Shown: positions 10,840-25,076, numbered from the whole stretch's first letter. The stretch is DNA of 62,939 nucleotides, filler included, from Reticulomyxa filosa (GCA_000512085.1; 16 parts of 16 records of this genome joined end to end with filler, not necessarily neighbours in it); one strand, 5' to 3'. The notes: generated from the sequence alone by a model not told the origin. Numbers and translations are program-made.

Positions 10840-11930
10840 TTTTCCATGAGGTCTCGTCGATGGGATTTGTAGACACACTGATAAGGATGTTGCTTTGATT
10901 TTTAGCAACGCCATAATCGGTGGAATATATCATGTAATAATTTCCAGTAGTATTGTCAAACACTAAGTTTGGGTTTCGAATATTATCATTATCATCATTG
11001 TCATTATCATTATTTTTATTCTTATTATTGAAATGGATAAAACTCCGTTTCATGCTGTCTCCTTGTTTGGCTTGCAATCTTTGTCGACTTGCTATTGCCT
11101 TGGCACTCCATTGTTCCATTTGTTTCGAGTGGCTCGTTGCATTTAGTTTATCCATTATCGTGTTGGTCGGTGACTTGATCAAGCTGCACGAGCCGTTCTG
11201 CGGATTACACTCGGTAAATGACATCTTCTCCATCGTCGTTTCCAAACACAATGCACATGTCTGACACAATTAATACACACACACACACATCGATGATCAA
11301 GAGAACATGAAAAAAAGTTTCATCAACATCCACACCCTTTTTCTTCCCCCTTTTTTTTTTTTCTCCCTCTTCTTATTTAATGTGAATTTTTTGGTTATAC
11401 GTTGCACATTATTTGTGCACACATACACAGACAACCTGATACATATATGTATATATTTATATACATACATGTGTGTAAATGTTTATGTGTATGTATATAT
11501 ATACTCACACACCAAATTGAAACAGTTTTTGCTGAATGACCAATCCTTGCTGGAACTTCGTCGCGTTGGATGGACTCAACCATGTGGCGTGTTGGATCAT
11601 TTGTGAGTTGTTGCTATGCGAGTCACCAAACACTGCTAGTTGAGATATATTTGAGCTTGTACTCACCGTGTATCCGTATGTGCCGGTGTAACTATTACCA
11701 CTTTCGGACGCACTTTCGACTAACGGAACATTGGTGTTCATCGGATCGTCGTACAAACCGTTGTTGGTTATATTCATGACGCCCATGTTGTCTTTTGAAA
11801 TTGTAAACAACATACACCCAAAAAAATTCTGCAAAAAGCTTAGCATTATTCCTTTACAATTGATCAAAATACACCCATATACAAATGTAACAAGAAAATA
11901 AAAGTCTGCAGCAAAAAAAACTATCTCCGT
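10840..11930 (-). CDS. Probable secreted protein with a five-bladed beta-propeller glycosidase-like segment (GH130/GH43-like); multi-exon, 3' partial
   Basis: Hydrophobic N-terminal stretch; exons in ORFs 11505-11867 and 10679-11269; RNPNLVFDNTTGNYYMIYS...ILISVSTNP...W resembles propeller blade motifs. Start uncertain. Confidence 0.4.
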
Positions 11931-12350
11931 AACACTTCCACAAAGTGAGTGTGTAAATCAATATTTTCATTTATTTACAAGCGTCTGTTGGTATATTTGC
12001 AAGTATGTCAAACTCTTGACTGTCTTTCCATTGTTAAATCTTCAAATATTTACAAAAAAATCTTCATCTTTCCATGTGTTTAATACTTTCTTCTTCATCT
12101 GTCGATAAACATGATTTTAAAAAAATTGTGAACTTTGGCAGTGCAAACTGAGAGGCTGTGCTACTCTGTAGCAGTATCGTGTTTAATATTCAAAGTAAAA
12201 TATGATATGTGAGACAACGCTTCACACGTAAACAATGGAAAAATAAAAATGAAAGTATTAATTACATTTATCATTAAAATATATTTGTACAAAAGACAAT
12301 TTGCAAAACAAAAACAGCGAGAGGAAAAAAAAACGCGAAGCATTTTTTTT

Positions 12351-14839
12351 TTATTGGTGTGACCATTGGTATAATCCAGGTTGATCTTGCAGCCTGATCA
12401 TTGGCGTAACTGGATTGGAAAAGGAAATGTTTACACCCGAAGTCGTTGGCACTGTGAACATGCTTACATTTGGTGTCAAGCTGTTTCCAAAGGGCATCCA
12501 CAACTGAGGATAGTGTACCATTGTGGTCTGGTCCTGAAAAAGTGGGGTAGATGTTGGAGGCAGAGCACCCATTAACATCAAGTTTTTTAACACGGGATCA
12601 TTTGCTTGCAAAACACAGCTTGCGGTCCATTGTGGCTATTTATTTGTTTATTTTATCTTTTGTTTTTTTTTCAACTGAGCCCTGGTATCGAAGGAAGGAA
12701 GTGTTTAAAAGGGTTCTTACTTGCTCAAAACTTACATTTAATATGTTGGTATTTGGGGTAGTTGTAATACGATTGTTATTATTTTCTATTGGTTGCGGTT
12801 CTATTGTAACAAACAAAACGAAAATTTTTCAGTACAACAATGATAAATAAAACAAAACAAAAGTCAAGTCACTAAACGAGGCAAAACCAACGCTTTTTCT
12901 GGTTGATGTGTGTTGCCAAAGTTTCGCCATTGTGTAGAATCACTTCGCATTGTTTTTGGAAGCTGCTGCAGGTTGTTGTCTTTGCTTCGAAAAGCTGTGT
13001 GCGATCGTAAATAATATTTCGCACGGCAGCTGTCAGGACTTTGTGCTTGTTGATTGTTGTTCGAAGCCTGCAAGGTAGGAGAAATGTAACTTTGTGATTT
13101 TGGCAATGCATCGCATTCAAATTTTGCGCGTGAATGCTTGTAAGCCGAGTTATTATGTGGCTGAGTTCTTTGTCGAAATGTGTGCATTGGTTTATTTTTG
13201 GATTTGTTGCTCCTGCTTTGATTGTTGTTTCCAGCTGGGTCAATGTTTGCTCTCGAAAAACGCGCACTGAGCACCGGGCAAGGTGGTTTTGTTTTTGACT
13301 GGAGTTGAGGAGTCTTAGCAGATTTGTGGAAAAATTGTCTTGCATCCAACAGCCCAGATCGCGACTCAAAAGTAAACTTTTGCCCAAGGGCTTGCAACCG
13401 AGAGTCTTTATTAAATAACGGAGACAATTCTTGTGCTCGGAATGCGCAAAGTTTTTTACGCTGCTTGTTAAAGTCATACTGATGCATAGCGCAAATACCG
13501 TCATTTGCATGCATTCTTCCACGAACACATTTATTGGCTTGACTCTGTAATAAAAAAACATTACATTTTGTTTCAAAATATTAACGCTCTTGTGATCATA
13601 ATTAGGTCTTTAAAAAAATTGCAACGTATATACGTAAACAAACTTGCGATTCAAAAACCACGAAAGCACTTTTCAGGTGTCTGAAATCACTCATGTCCAC
13701 GTTACCACTGGAATGAGGTACAGTTTTTGCAAAGCATGGCAATAACGTCGACTCTGTTGTGTGGTCAACATGACTCACACTTATACGTAACGCTGAAGCA
13801 TTCTTGTTATCACTTTTGCTTGGTTTCAAAGTCTCCATGACTGGCGCTACGAGCTCACCTTGGGTACTGCCAAGTACTATAGGTGATTCTAACTGACTAA
13901 ATTGTGGGCAAAATCTCCTTCGCATCACTGCTTCGGCTGTCTCGCGATCAGGGGGAGACAGTTTCTCTGTTGTTGCTTTCTGAGCATCTTTGTATACGTT
14001 TTTGTTTAATTTGAAAAACGTACAAACAATGCATAACACCTTTAGCAACATTTCAAATTTCAAAAACGAAAAAAAAAAGATGCAAATTAAGTTTGAGAAC
14101 AATTATTTTTATGACATTACCACGGATCGTTTCGTTGGTATTTTTTTCAGTTTCGTCCAAAGGATTGAGTTCCGACGAGTTGTTTGGGGTGTCACTTTCT
14201 TTTGGCTGTTCATATCCATTGTTAGGAGTATCCAAAATGACGCTTTTGACTACTCCATACAAGGAGCAAATTTTTTCCACATCTTCCTTGGTAGTGTTGG
14301 GAGGTAAGCCGTATAAAAACACAGTGCGACGCAAGTCTTTATGTGGTTTGGGTTTAGGGGGACTGAAATCTAATCGCTTCACTTTGGTTGCGTCCGCATT
14401 CAATACTAGCATCTTTGAATTCCTGATGGACTCCACAACTAATTCGTGACTTATTGTCAGAGCCTTGATTTTGGTCAAATTTTCCACTGTTGTTAGCGGC
14501 ACCCAAAATTCTGGGTCTTCATGCATACAAGATAACAAGTAATTGTCCATGTTCAAGTTTTCATCACCGAAATGGTACTCCACTTGAAATTGGATCTAAC
14601 ACATTTTTAAAAATTTGGAAAACGATGTGTTAATCGCTCCTTTCGAGTACACACAAGAACATATAAATACAAACAAAGCTTGTAACCATATTTCTCAATG
14701 CAAGATCATTGTTCATAGTGCTATCACTGCTGTTATTACAAACATTTGCTACTTCTTTGTTGACATCATCTTTCACAGGCTCCTTAACAATAGCTTCAGA
14801 TTGATTGTTCTGATTTTGATTCATTGAAGAAGCTGACAT
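12351..14839 (-). CDS. La-related RNA-binding protein (La motif plus RRM), multi-exon
   Basis: QVEYHFGDENLNMDNYLL...WVPLTTVENLTKIKALT is a La motif. RRTVFLYGLP is RNP2; SAFVVFES (RNP1) lies in a later exon. Confidence 0.88.
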
Positions 14840-15404
14840 TGTAGGGCAGCTAAGATAGGAACAGTAAAATGTTTTTGGATTGGTGATGTCAAATTGTCAA
14901 CGCTTGTTATTGTAAACTTGCTTTCACCGTTTACAAACAAACACAAAATCTGATATTCTTTCCAAAAAAATAAATTTTGTATGATGAGTCAAAAATGAAG
15001 TCTACAATGCTCAAAATTGCTTTTTTTTATTACCATAGGATGTAATGATTTGATTTCTTTTTCCTAATGCATCTTACTTGTCACATTAAACTGCACTATC
15101 AAAAAAAAAAAGTAATCGCTTGATTTTTGTTAAAAGTGACTTTCAATTTTAGAAAAAGAAATTAAGAATCTTTTTGAATAGGGTTATTTTGTTTGTCTTA
15201 CAAAGCAAATGGTAAAGGCTTATAACGCATCAATGACGATGCGTACGAAATGGAACTAGGAAGATGCTTTTCAGACATATAAATGTACAAATAACAACAA
15301 CACAAAAAAAAAAGCCAAAGGTATCAATATGTATGTTGATCTTACCTTTCCCCCTCTAGCCCAACAAGTAAGAGCGCAACACCAACAAGTGCGATAATAC
15401 AAGT

Positions 15405-15640
15405 TCATAGTCCTGTTTCAATTCTTGTTTCTAACTTTGATATGTTTCTCATTCTCTGAAAGGTGAGTAATTGTTTGTAATCATCTGTTCTGACAAAACG
15501 ACTGTGGCTATCTCGCATTAAATGCACCAACTCCTCGATAACTGGTTGGAAAAATAGTGTCCACAGTTTGCTATCAGCATCCAGGAATACATTTTTTTGA
15601 TAAGGGATTGTATACGAGTTCCTCATGTGATAACTAATAT
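15405..15640 (-). CDS. C-terminal exon of an RGS-domain protein (5' partial)
   Basis: FQPVIEELVHLMRDSHSRFVRTDDYKQL fits the C-terminal RGS helices (F...E+..LM..DS+.RF+.S..Y). Confidence 0.65.
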
Positions 15641-16068
15641 TAACTGTTCCAAGTGCGATTATAAATTAATACATATACGCATTTTGAAGTTGATGCGAAT
15701 GTACGTGTAACCGTCAATGTGCATACGTCAAACATAAGATACATTTTACGATAGGGAGAAAAAGAAAAAAAAAAAAAAAAGAGAAAGAAAACATTTAATA
15801 ATATACAAATAAATAAATACAAAAAAAAAAAAAAAAAAAAAAANNNNNNNNNNNNNNNNNNNNNNNNNNNNNNNNNNNNNNNNNNNNTTAATTAATTAAN
15901 NNNNNNNNNNNNNNNNNNNNNNNNNNNNNNNNNNNNNNNNNNNGAAACACAAAAAAAAATAGTAGAAAGGGGGGGGGGGGGGAGAGAGAGAGATATGACA
16001 GAAATATTTTATTTATTTGAGAGGGAGAAAAGGAAACGTTGAAACACTTTACAAATAACACTTAACAG

Positions 16069-18031
16069 ACATCACGATATGCTTTTGTGGAATTTGATAG
16101 CCGTGAAGCAGCACAAAAGTCGTTTAATAAATCAAGAACAATGCTGTTTGATCGCCCAATAAAAGTTGGACCGGCGAATAACCCAATCTTCAAAAAAGGG
16201 GGACTGTTTAGTGCTCCTTCAGCCATGGTGGGGCCATCGAATGCGACACTGGGTGGCTTGAGTTCGTTTTCAGGGTCCTTGGGAGGCAATCTTTTGAACA
16301 ACACGACGTCCACCCCAGGAGGAGTGGGCACTTCAAACCCTGCCATAGGAACCAGACAAAGCAACGCACTGGGACTGATCGGATCACACGCCGGTATGGG
16401 AACTGTGGGAGTTGGTCTCATGAATCCTTTGATTTCTCCCAACAATTTGTTATTGGCGGCGTTGAATTATCAAATGACTGCACAGCCGCAAGCCTCAACC
16501 GCATCATTGCCTGTCGACAATGGTGATAAAGCTCAAATTCCAACTAAAAAGTTTTGTTTCACAAACCATACGTAGACAGATATACATATGTGTGTATATT
16601 TGTTTATATACACTATATACCTATTATCATGCATGTGTGTATATACACATAAGTATATGATATTACATGGTATATACATATTTATATTTATATGCGTGTG
16701 TGTTAACCTACAACTTTGTGCTATTGCAACATAGGGAGGAAAAGAAGAGTAATAGCTCGCGTGAGACAAGTGAGTCAAGGTCACGATCCAGACACTCAAA
16801 AAAAAGTGATAAGAATTCTTCATCCAGACATGGACGATCTCGCCATCACGACAAAGATGTAGACATGTTACTGTATAGATCACATCGAAGCAGTCGTCGT
16901 AGTGTTGATAATGACAACAAGAGTAAACGCAATCAGCGCGAGAGGGATAAAGATAGACAACGCGAACGCAACAGGGATCGTGATCGACGAAGAAGTCGCC
17001 GCGAGTCTGACAGTGACGACAGTGAAAAAAGTCGACATCGACACAAACGCAAACATAAAAAGTCACGCCGACACCGACGTCGTCATGAAACTGACTCGGA
17101 TTCTGAGGGTATGGTTTCTTTTTTTTTTTTTTTCCTCTTTCTTTTCTTCTTTCATTTTTGCGCCTTGAACCTTATTTCTAGGTTTTTTTTTTTTGCTATT
17201 TTTTGTTTTTGAAGAGGAAGAAAAAATAATAATAAAAAAACAAATTGGTCAAACTTTGCGACATAAAACATATCGACAAACAAACACATTCACAAAATTT
17301 AACCAAAAAAAAAATGAATGAAATTGATGTCTTGCTTGTTTTGCACTGTTTTGTGGTGGTGGTGGTGATTTATGTGCTTGGGTTTTTTTTTTGCTGCTCA
17401 ACGAACATTGCAGATTGAAGACCTCTAAATTGCCCAGAGGACTGGTGAAAAAGCAAGGAGAGAGAAAAAAAAAACAAAACACAAAACACAAAATATAATG
17501 ATAAGTAAAAAAAAACCCAAAATTTAAAAGTATAAGTGACAATAAAAAATAAAAAGCAAAAAATATTTCAAATATGAAAAAACTGTTAAGTAAGGTTGTG
17601 ACTTTGATTGGGTTTTTGTTGTTAATTTGTTGACGAAACTAAAATAGCGATGTTTGATGATTTTGTTTGTGACTCAATAACTACTTTCAGATTGTTACTG
17701 TTGTTTGTTGAATCGTGTATGCTGTGCTTAAAAAAAGACTTTTGTTTGTAAATAAATTATTTCTATAGATGAGGACTCCCGCAGTCCAAGTCGACACAAG
17801 AGTGACGGAAAAGGCCGCTCCGATGAAGAATATGATGACGATAGAGAGCGCACTCATGAAGACTCAAGTGCCAGTAAAAGCAGAAGCCGCAGTCGACGAA
17901 GAAAAAAAGAAAAAAATTCAATGAATGACAAGCAGCCTGAAAAAGATAATCAAAGTGCAGTAAATACTACCGTTCATATGTCAAATGAAACAGATATCAA
18001 AATGCTTCCAATCAATCCACCGGTCTCATGA
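16069..18031 (+). CDS. SREK1/SRSF11-like splicing factor (RRM plus RS/RD-rich tail), 5' partial, multi-exon
   Basis: RYAFVEFDSREAA...LFDRPIKVGPANNPIFK (RRM); RS/RD-rich exon ~16734-17108; last exon 17770-18031 ends PINPPVS*. Confidence 0.75.
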
Positions 18032-18664
18032 TCCTCTTAAACCTTTTTCTTCTCTGAAATAGTACACAATCAGGCTTACCTCAATTTTTGTTTGTTTGTA
18101 TGAACATTCAAGGACAACATTTTTTAGCAAACCATTTTGAAAAATGAGATTTGGGTTTGATTGCATTGAATGCTATCATCAAAAAAATTTAAAAATTATC
18201 CTACAGCTTTTGAAAGACAAATTTTGTAATTTTCAATATCAAACGTAAATCTTTCTTTAAAGGCATTCATTTTGTATACATCAACATTAACAAAATTTAA
18301 GAATATCTACATTACCATATTTTTAAAATTTTAAGAAATTGGTAAAATCGTGAGTTTAATTCTATGTTTATTTGTGATTGATCCCAACCAGAATACCCTT
18401 AAAAACAACAAAGATCGACATAAAAAAAGTGTATATTGTCATTGATCTCAAGCTAATCAAAAGTAGTAAAAAATCAGCAATAACAAAAAAAGGAGTCAGG
18501 AAGAAAAAACTTGACTTCGTCCTTTCTTGGACTATTATAAAATATGTGGTATTTGCTTGTTTCAAAAGGCCAAGGTCTGGGAAAAAAAGATAGGACAGAG
18601 GTTGTTGGAATGGAGAAAAAAATTGAGAAAACAAAAGAAAACAATTTACAATTGTACGTTGATA

Positions 18665-19846
18665 TTACCAAAAGAAACAGAAAATGAGAATGAGCACAAT
18701 GCTGAATTCATGTTGAGAAAAGAGCCACCGCCGCCATTTTGAGAAGAATGTTGGATTGGTTGGGGCTGTTCTCGCCTGTGTGGATGAGCCTATTTTGTGA
18801 GAAAAAAAAATTGTAATGAAAAGAGGAAAAAAAAAAAAGGTATAATTTTTTGAACAAATCGTAAAAAACAAAAAGAAAGCAAGCAGTAGAACTCCATCTC
18901 TTCCACGTATAGCATTAGAAACGACGGCAAAATGATTGACTAAGCAGATCCATTCCTCTTTGGTACCACCTTTGTCTGGATGGTATATTCGTGCATACTC
19001 TCTGTATCGTTGAGTGGCACTGTCAATATTGACAGCATGTGGATCATTAAAATCTCTTGGAGAGAACCCGAAATATTCCAAAGATAAGTGCAGCGTTTTG
19101 TCTAATTCGTGTCTGTTTTCTCCATCTTCGGGGCTCCACCATTCTTCAAACTTATCATTTGTTAATTTGCCTATTCCTATACTACCACATACCCCACCGA
19201 CTATCGAACCTACCACTGTTCCAGTGCCAGGAAATATTGCTATCTCACATCAATTTTGTTTACATTTTTTTGGAAAAATATTTTTTACAAATTTTTTTTT
19301 TTCTGTCCCTTTCCCAATGACCCCTTTTTTTTTTAAAAAAAAAAATAAATTAAAAAAAAATAAAAATACCGGTGCCAATAGTCGCTCCGACAGTGGATCC
19401 TCCAGCACCTCCAACGACTGAGGTGGCGTTAACGGTTGTGTTTCGAACGGTTCGTCGGCCGAATTCGGCAGACGAAATGCTTCCTTTTAACCAACGAACT
19501 GTGTCCGCTGCGCACTGACAGCCACTTACAACAATGGCAGAATATCCGCCTACTTTTATCGTCTCGCTTACCATTTCGACACCATTTCCTGCACTATTAA
19601 AGATATTTGTCCCTATCGCAGCTGCGACAACACTTGGGGCTGGATTCGTTGCTACAATTCGCACTGGGTTGGCTGGAGATAGTACAGAAACTATTCCTGT
19701 ATCGGTCCGTTCCGTTGGGTGTCACCAAACAACTGATGAAAAAGAGGCAACATAGATACATATATATATGTAAAAGCTTTCGAATGAAAACCAGAGTTTT
19801 CGTCATGTTTTTCCATTGCAAGCGAAATCTTTGCTCCAGCAGCCAT
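18665..19846 (-). CDS. Glycine-zipper membrane protein with a C-terminal J-domain (DnaJ)
   Basis: VVGGAGGSTVGATIGT...PGTGTVVGSIVGGVCGSIG glycine zipper; YREYARIYHPDKGG HPD motif; hydrophobic tail. Start uncertain. Confidence 0.75.
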
Positions 19847-20129
19847 CTTGATATCGATGAAGAGTTTTTTCCATGATTTAGGAACCCGGAAAAAGCAACA
19901 ATGAGTTTTCAAGAAAAGTTCTATCTACTTCCTCTGTCAAGCGATTCTTTAGGTAAAAAAATATACCTAGAACAATAGAAGAAGTTTTCTCCAGCAAAAA
20001 AGTTAACTAGACAATTTTAATTTTTATTAAAGCGTGGTTAATTAAATGTTTAAAAACTCTTTACAATTTTTATCTTTAAAATTTGTATTCTACACAGAAA
20101 AGGCATATTTAAAAAAAATGTGGAAATGT

Positions 20130-20860
20130 CTATTTGTGCCACCACATGAAGAAGGGATATGTTGTCCCCAGCCAAAAAGCAAACGCAGTGATGAAATCAT
20201 AAACCCCAAACACAACAATAGGTAGCATATATCTAAGAAACACCGGATTACGAAGGATTGCACAAAGTCGATTTTTTCTTTGTGTATCACTATCACTCTT
20301 CGCATACAAAGAGATGTAAGCTCTGGCGGCGTCACTCTCGTTCATATTAATAACCTCTGATCTCTTTTTGTTTCTAAAACAAAAGATGTTGTGCAAACTA
20401 CTCTTCCATTGTTTATAACAGCAAATCAAATAAGTCAATAACATCAATCCATTTACAGTTTCGGTGTCAATCAGCCATACGACTGATGGTTTTGCATTAC
20501 AAAAAGGACATTTAGGTCCACTAATATTATGAACATTGCAACGATTCCAACCTCCTATTATATTTCCCCCCCCCTTTTTTTTTTTACCATTTCTCATATA
20601 CAAGACATTGATATACCTTTCCAATTGAAAGTACAGCCACATTGAAACAAAAATCCACAATATGGATTATGGAATGTCCAAGAAAACCAATAGATACCAG
20701 CGCACATTAACACGATTTCAAGCGCTCGAAAAAACCATACGTATCTTTGATAAATTGCTCTGTCTTTAAAGCAACTATGCTTTGAGGACACTTCGGACAT
20801 GAAATCATCATCATTCCTATTCTGAAATAAATCAGTATTTGCGACATTTGGAGAGAGCAT
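20130..20860 (-). CDS. Uncharacterised Cys/His-rich multi-pass membrane protein; one intron (~20555-20613)
   Basis: Spliced motif FHNPYCGFLFQCGCTFNWKGGWNRCNVHNISGPKCPFC between hydrophobic helices. Confidence 0.7.
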
Positions 20861-21273
20861 CCGAACTTTGAGCGATATATTTAAAATTCAGTTATAAACG
20901 AGACAAAAACAAATTGTTGAAAACTTGCTTGGCATTGCAGTCACAAACCTTTAAACTTATTTCGCTTAAATTAAAAAAAAATTACAATTTTTTTAAACAT
21001 CAATAAAACGTCTAGCAATTGCCTTTTTATCAATGACAAAAAAAATAATCCAAAAATGATTTTGTGGAGGAAAAAATAATAAAATAGAACAGACACTTCA
21101 TCTGGTTGAAGCTCCTCAAGTGTCTTGAATTTAAACAACTGAGGTAAGAGACTGATAAAGTATCTGGTCTATTATTTTGAAACCACTACTGTTGATGTAG
21201 TTATAAACCTCGTTATTGTCTTTTATAAGTTTTCGGCATACTTTTTTTTTTGTGCCCCAGAACTAGTTAGAAA

Positions 21274-22951
21274 ATGTTACCTAAGTGGTTATTGCTTGCT
21301 CTATTGTTTCTAACTTTAAAAGCAGCGAACCAAGATTTTGTGAGAAGTTTGAATAAATCCAGTTTTGCTGATTTTGTTTCATCTCATAAGCGTGTTTTAG
21401 TAGAGTTTTACACACCATGGTGCGAGCACTGCAAAGCGATGCAATTAGAATTTGAAAAAGCTGCAAAACGTTTGCAAAAAGATGGAGCAGAGACATTTTT
21501 AGTGAAAATTGACATTTCAGAGAATAGCGATCTCTCAGCAAAATATTCTATTAACAATTTGCCAACAATTAAATATTTCGTGAATGGAGATTTGGAAAAA
21601 GCAGAGGAATATAATGGAGGAAAAAAAGAAGGAGATATTGTCACTTGGGTTGTGAAAAATGAATTACCTGTCGTGACTATCTTACAAGCATCTGAAGTGG
21701 AAGATTTTACAAGGAAACACAAAATCTGTTTGATTGCATATTTAACAGGAGATGCAACCTCAAATTCTGCTATTGGTGCGGTGTTTGAAGTGGCCAATGC
21801 AATGCGAGAAGAAATTGTTGTTGGATTAGTTCAATCTGAAGATGGTTTCTGAAACTTTATTTTGTTTATATTGGACATATATATATATGTATATATATAT
21901 GTATATGTACATATACATATACAAATATTTGTATATGTATTTATATGTGAAAGGAGTGATACAATTATATCGCCAGTTTGATGAACCACAAGTTACTTTT
22001 CAAGACGAAATTAGTGCACCACGATTGAAAGAATTTATTAAAGTAGAGAGATTTGCATTATTTAATCAAATTTCAATAGCCAATTTCCAAGAGTATATTG
22101 AGCGTGGAATTCCGATTGTGTGGGTCGCATTAAATGGATCTGATCCTCAACAACTCAATGCTGTCAGCGATACTATTCAAAGCATTGCCAAACAATGGAA
22201 AGGAAAGATTTCATTTGTTTGGATTGATAACAACAAGTATGGTCAGCGTGTGGAACACTTAGGTATCCTCTTTATTTGTTCATGTATGCAAATGATTGGG
22301 AAAAAGAAAGATAGAGTCATTAATACATGCATAACAATTAGATTAAAAAAAAAAAAAAGGAATAAAGTCAATACCAGGAATAATAGTGACTGAAGATGAA
22401 AATATAAAGTATTTGTTTGAGGGAGATCTAACAAACAAGAACGAGTTGCAAGAATGGATTGCAAAGTATATGAATGGACACGTTGAAAGATTTTTTAAAT
22501 CACAAGACCCACCAGAAATAAATGATGACACAGTTCTAGTTTTAGTTGGTATGTGATGGATATATACATATATATATGCGTCTATATATATGTATACAAT
22601 AATATAAATCATGCGTATATTAAAATAACAGGCAAAACCTTTGAAAATGTTGTTGGAAAAGACAAACATGTATTTGTCAATTTTTATGCACCATGGTGTG
22701 GACATAGCAAGAAACTAGAACCAGAGTATGATAAAGTTGGAATGGCATTTTCAAATTCACAACATATTATCATTGCAAAAATGGATTTAATGCAAAATGA
22801 TTGTTCTCAAAAAATTCAATCATTTCCTACACTTATTTTTTATCCAAAAGGATCAAAAAATGGCATTCAATACAATGGAGGACATATTGCAACTGAAATG
22901 ATAGACTGGTTACATATACAAACACCTGAGAATATTAAACAAGATCTTTGA
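21274..22951 (+). CDS. PDI: Protein disulfide isomerase (a-b-b'-a'), 4 exons
   Basis: Signal peptide; FYTPWCEHC; FYAPWCGHS; C-terminal KQDL. Introns 21845-21953, 22263-22359 and 22549-22631 restore the frame. Confidence 0.93.
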
Positions 22952-23485
22952 ACGTAAAAAGATAAATTGTATTTGCATTTTTTTGTTGCCACGTGCACTG
23001 ACTGCGACTATGATAACAGTAATATCATTGTTTTGTTTAATGCCCAGCACAAATATTTGATAATGTTTTCTTAATTAATTTTGATTTGTGTTTTACACAA
23101 AAAAGTTTTATACTTAATTTTCGTACAATTATCTTTATTTTATGAACCAATTAAGCTTGGAATAAGCAACACAAACGACACATTACCAATGTAACACACG
23201 ACCATGTGCACTTTTTTTGGCAGTTATGTTCACACCAATAATGTGAGAAAACTGCTTTGATTCTGATGTTACTGTTTATACATTTAAAAAAGCTTTTTAC
23301 AATTATTGTGAATTTTCAAAATGATAAAACAATAATTGTACGTTGGATGTTAAAACGATTTGAACAAAGATACATTTATTTTTTGTACGATAAAATTTTC
23401 TTTGTTCAAGAGAGAACTATTTACATTTTGAGATTTTTTTGATTGTATTTAATTAAGATTTTTATCTTAAATATTATTTTTTGGA

Positions 23486-24545
23486 TTATTCCCAAATTCG
23501 AATAGTTTGATCCCAAGACCAAGATAAGATTTGTTTACCATTAGGTGAAAATTGAACTCCAGTTACAGTATCAGAATGATTTTGTAATCTTTCCATTTCT
23601 TGACCTGATTTGAAATCCCATAATCGAATAGTTTTATCATAAGAACTAGATATAATAAAAAGAGAATCAAATGAAATTTGTACATTTGTAACACCTTTTT
23701 TATGACCTTGAATTTGTTTAAATTGTTTTCCTGTTATTAAATCCCATAATCCAATTGTTTTATCCAAAGAAGATGAAATAACAATATTTTCATTAAATGA
23801 AAATTGTGAATTCGTAACAACTTTTGAATGACCTATTAATTGTTGTATTTCATATCCTTTTCGAATATCCCATAATCTAATAGTTTTATCTAATGAACTT
23901 GAAATAATTTTATAACCACTTAAAGAAAAATTTATATTTGTTATATAATCTAAATGTCCTTCCATTTGTTGTATTGATTGTCCAGATCGAATATCCCATA
24001 AACGAATTATTTTATCTCTTGAACATGAAGCAATAATACAATAATTGGGTGATACTCGTATTCCTGTTAATCCAGTTGAATTAGTATTAAAATTTTGAAT
24101 TACCGTTCTTGAATTTAAATTTGATATTTTTATTGTATCATCTGATGAACAGGATACAATATTATTATTATCATGTAAAAATTGTACTCCCTCAACACGA
24201 CTTATATGTGGTTGTAAACGACATTTTACTTTTCTAATTTTGTATCAAAAACTAAAATTGAACCTTGTTCAAAACAAGATACAATATTACTACCATCTGA
24301 TGAAAATTGAGCTTGTAATACTATACCCGAATAACCTCTGAATATACTTATTTCTTTAAAATAACTGACCTTTTATTTTTTTATATTAACAAAATAATAT
24401 ATATATGTATACATCTTTAAAAATTAATATATTTTTTAATTAACATAATTTGCAATCATATCATTAAATTCCTTAATCCATCCACGACGGGTACATAAAA
24501 TACGAGACCAATTACTTATAAGTGTCTTAACTCTTCTTTTTGTCT
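23486..24545 (-). CDS. WD40-repeat protein of an expanded family (frameshift near 24240; possibly a pseudogene)
   Basis: Multiple GH...SSSxDKTIRLWD repeats; upstream exon VKTLISNWSRILCTRRGWIKEFNDMIANY. Confidence 0.85.
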
Positions 24546-25076
24546 ATTATATTGTCATTTGTGATATATACATATATAATAGAAATTAAACATTTTATGT
24601 GTAATGTATACCATGCTTTTCTTTGAATTTTTCAGTTCATCCTCACTATCGTCTTTTTGAACATTCGATGCCAACCACTTTCTTTGACGTTTTTTGCTTC
24701 GTTTTTTTTTGTAAGGGTCGTCTTTATTCATCCTTTAGAGTTTGTTGTAAGAGAGTAATATTACAAGAGTATTTCCACTTTGTTTTTTTTTCCCTCCCCC
24801 TCTTGCAGTGATACCACAAGTTTTCATAAAATGAAAAATTTCTGGCAGCAGTAAAAAGACAGTCTTTTGTTACATTTTATGTCTCTACGTATTTCAATGT
24901 AGGTAAAAAAAAAGGTAATTGAATAAATTGACAGTGCACTTGTAGTCATCAAGCTTTTTGAAAAATCATTGTTACAAATCAACTAACACTAGCACTTTAA
25001 AAACTGCCTCTTTGAATTTTGACAACACTCTACTAGTTTTAAAAAACAAAGAAAAAGTTACTTTAAAAAAAAAAAA

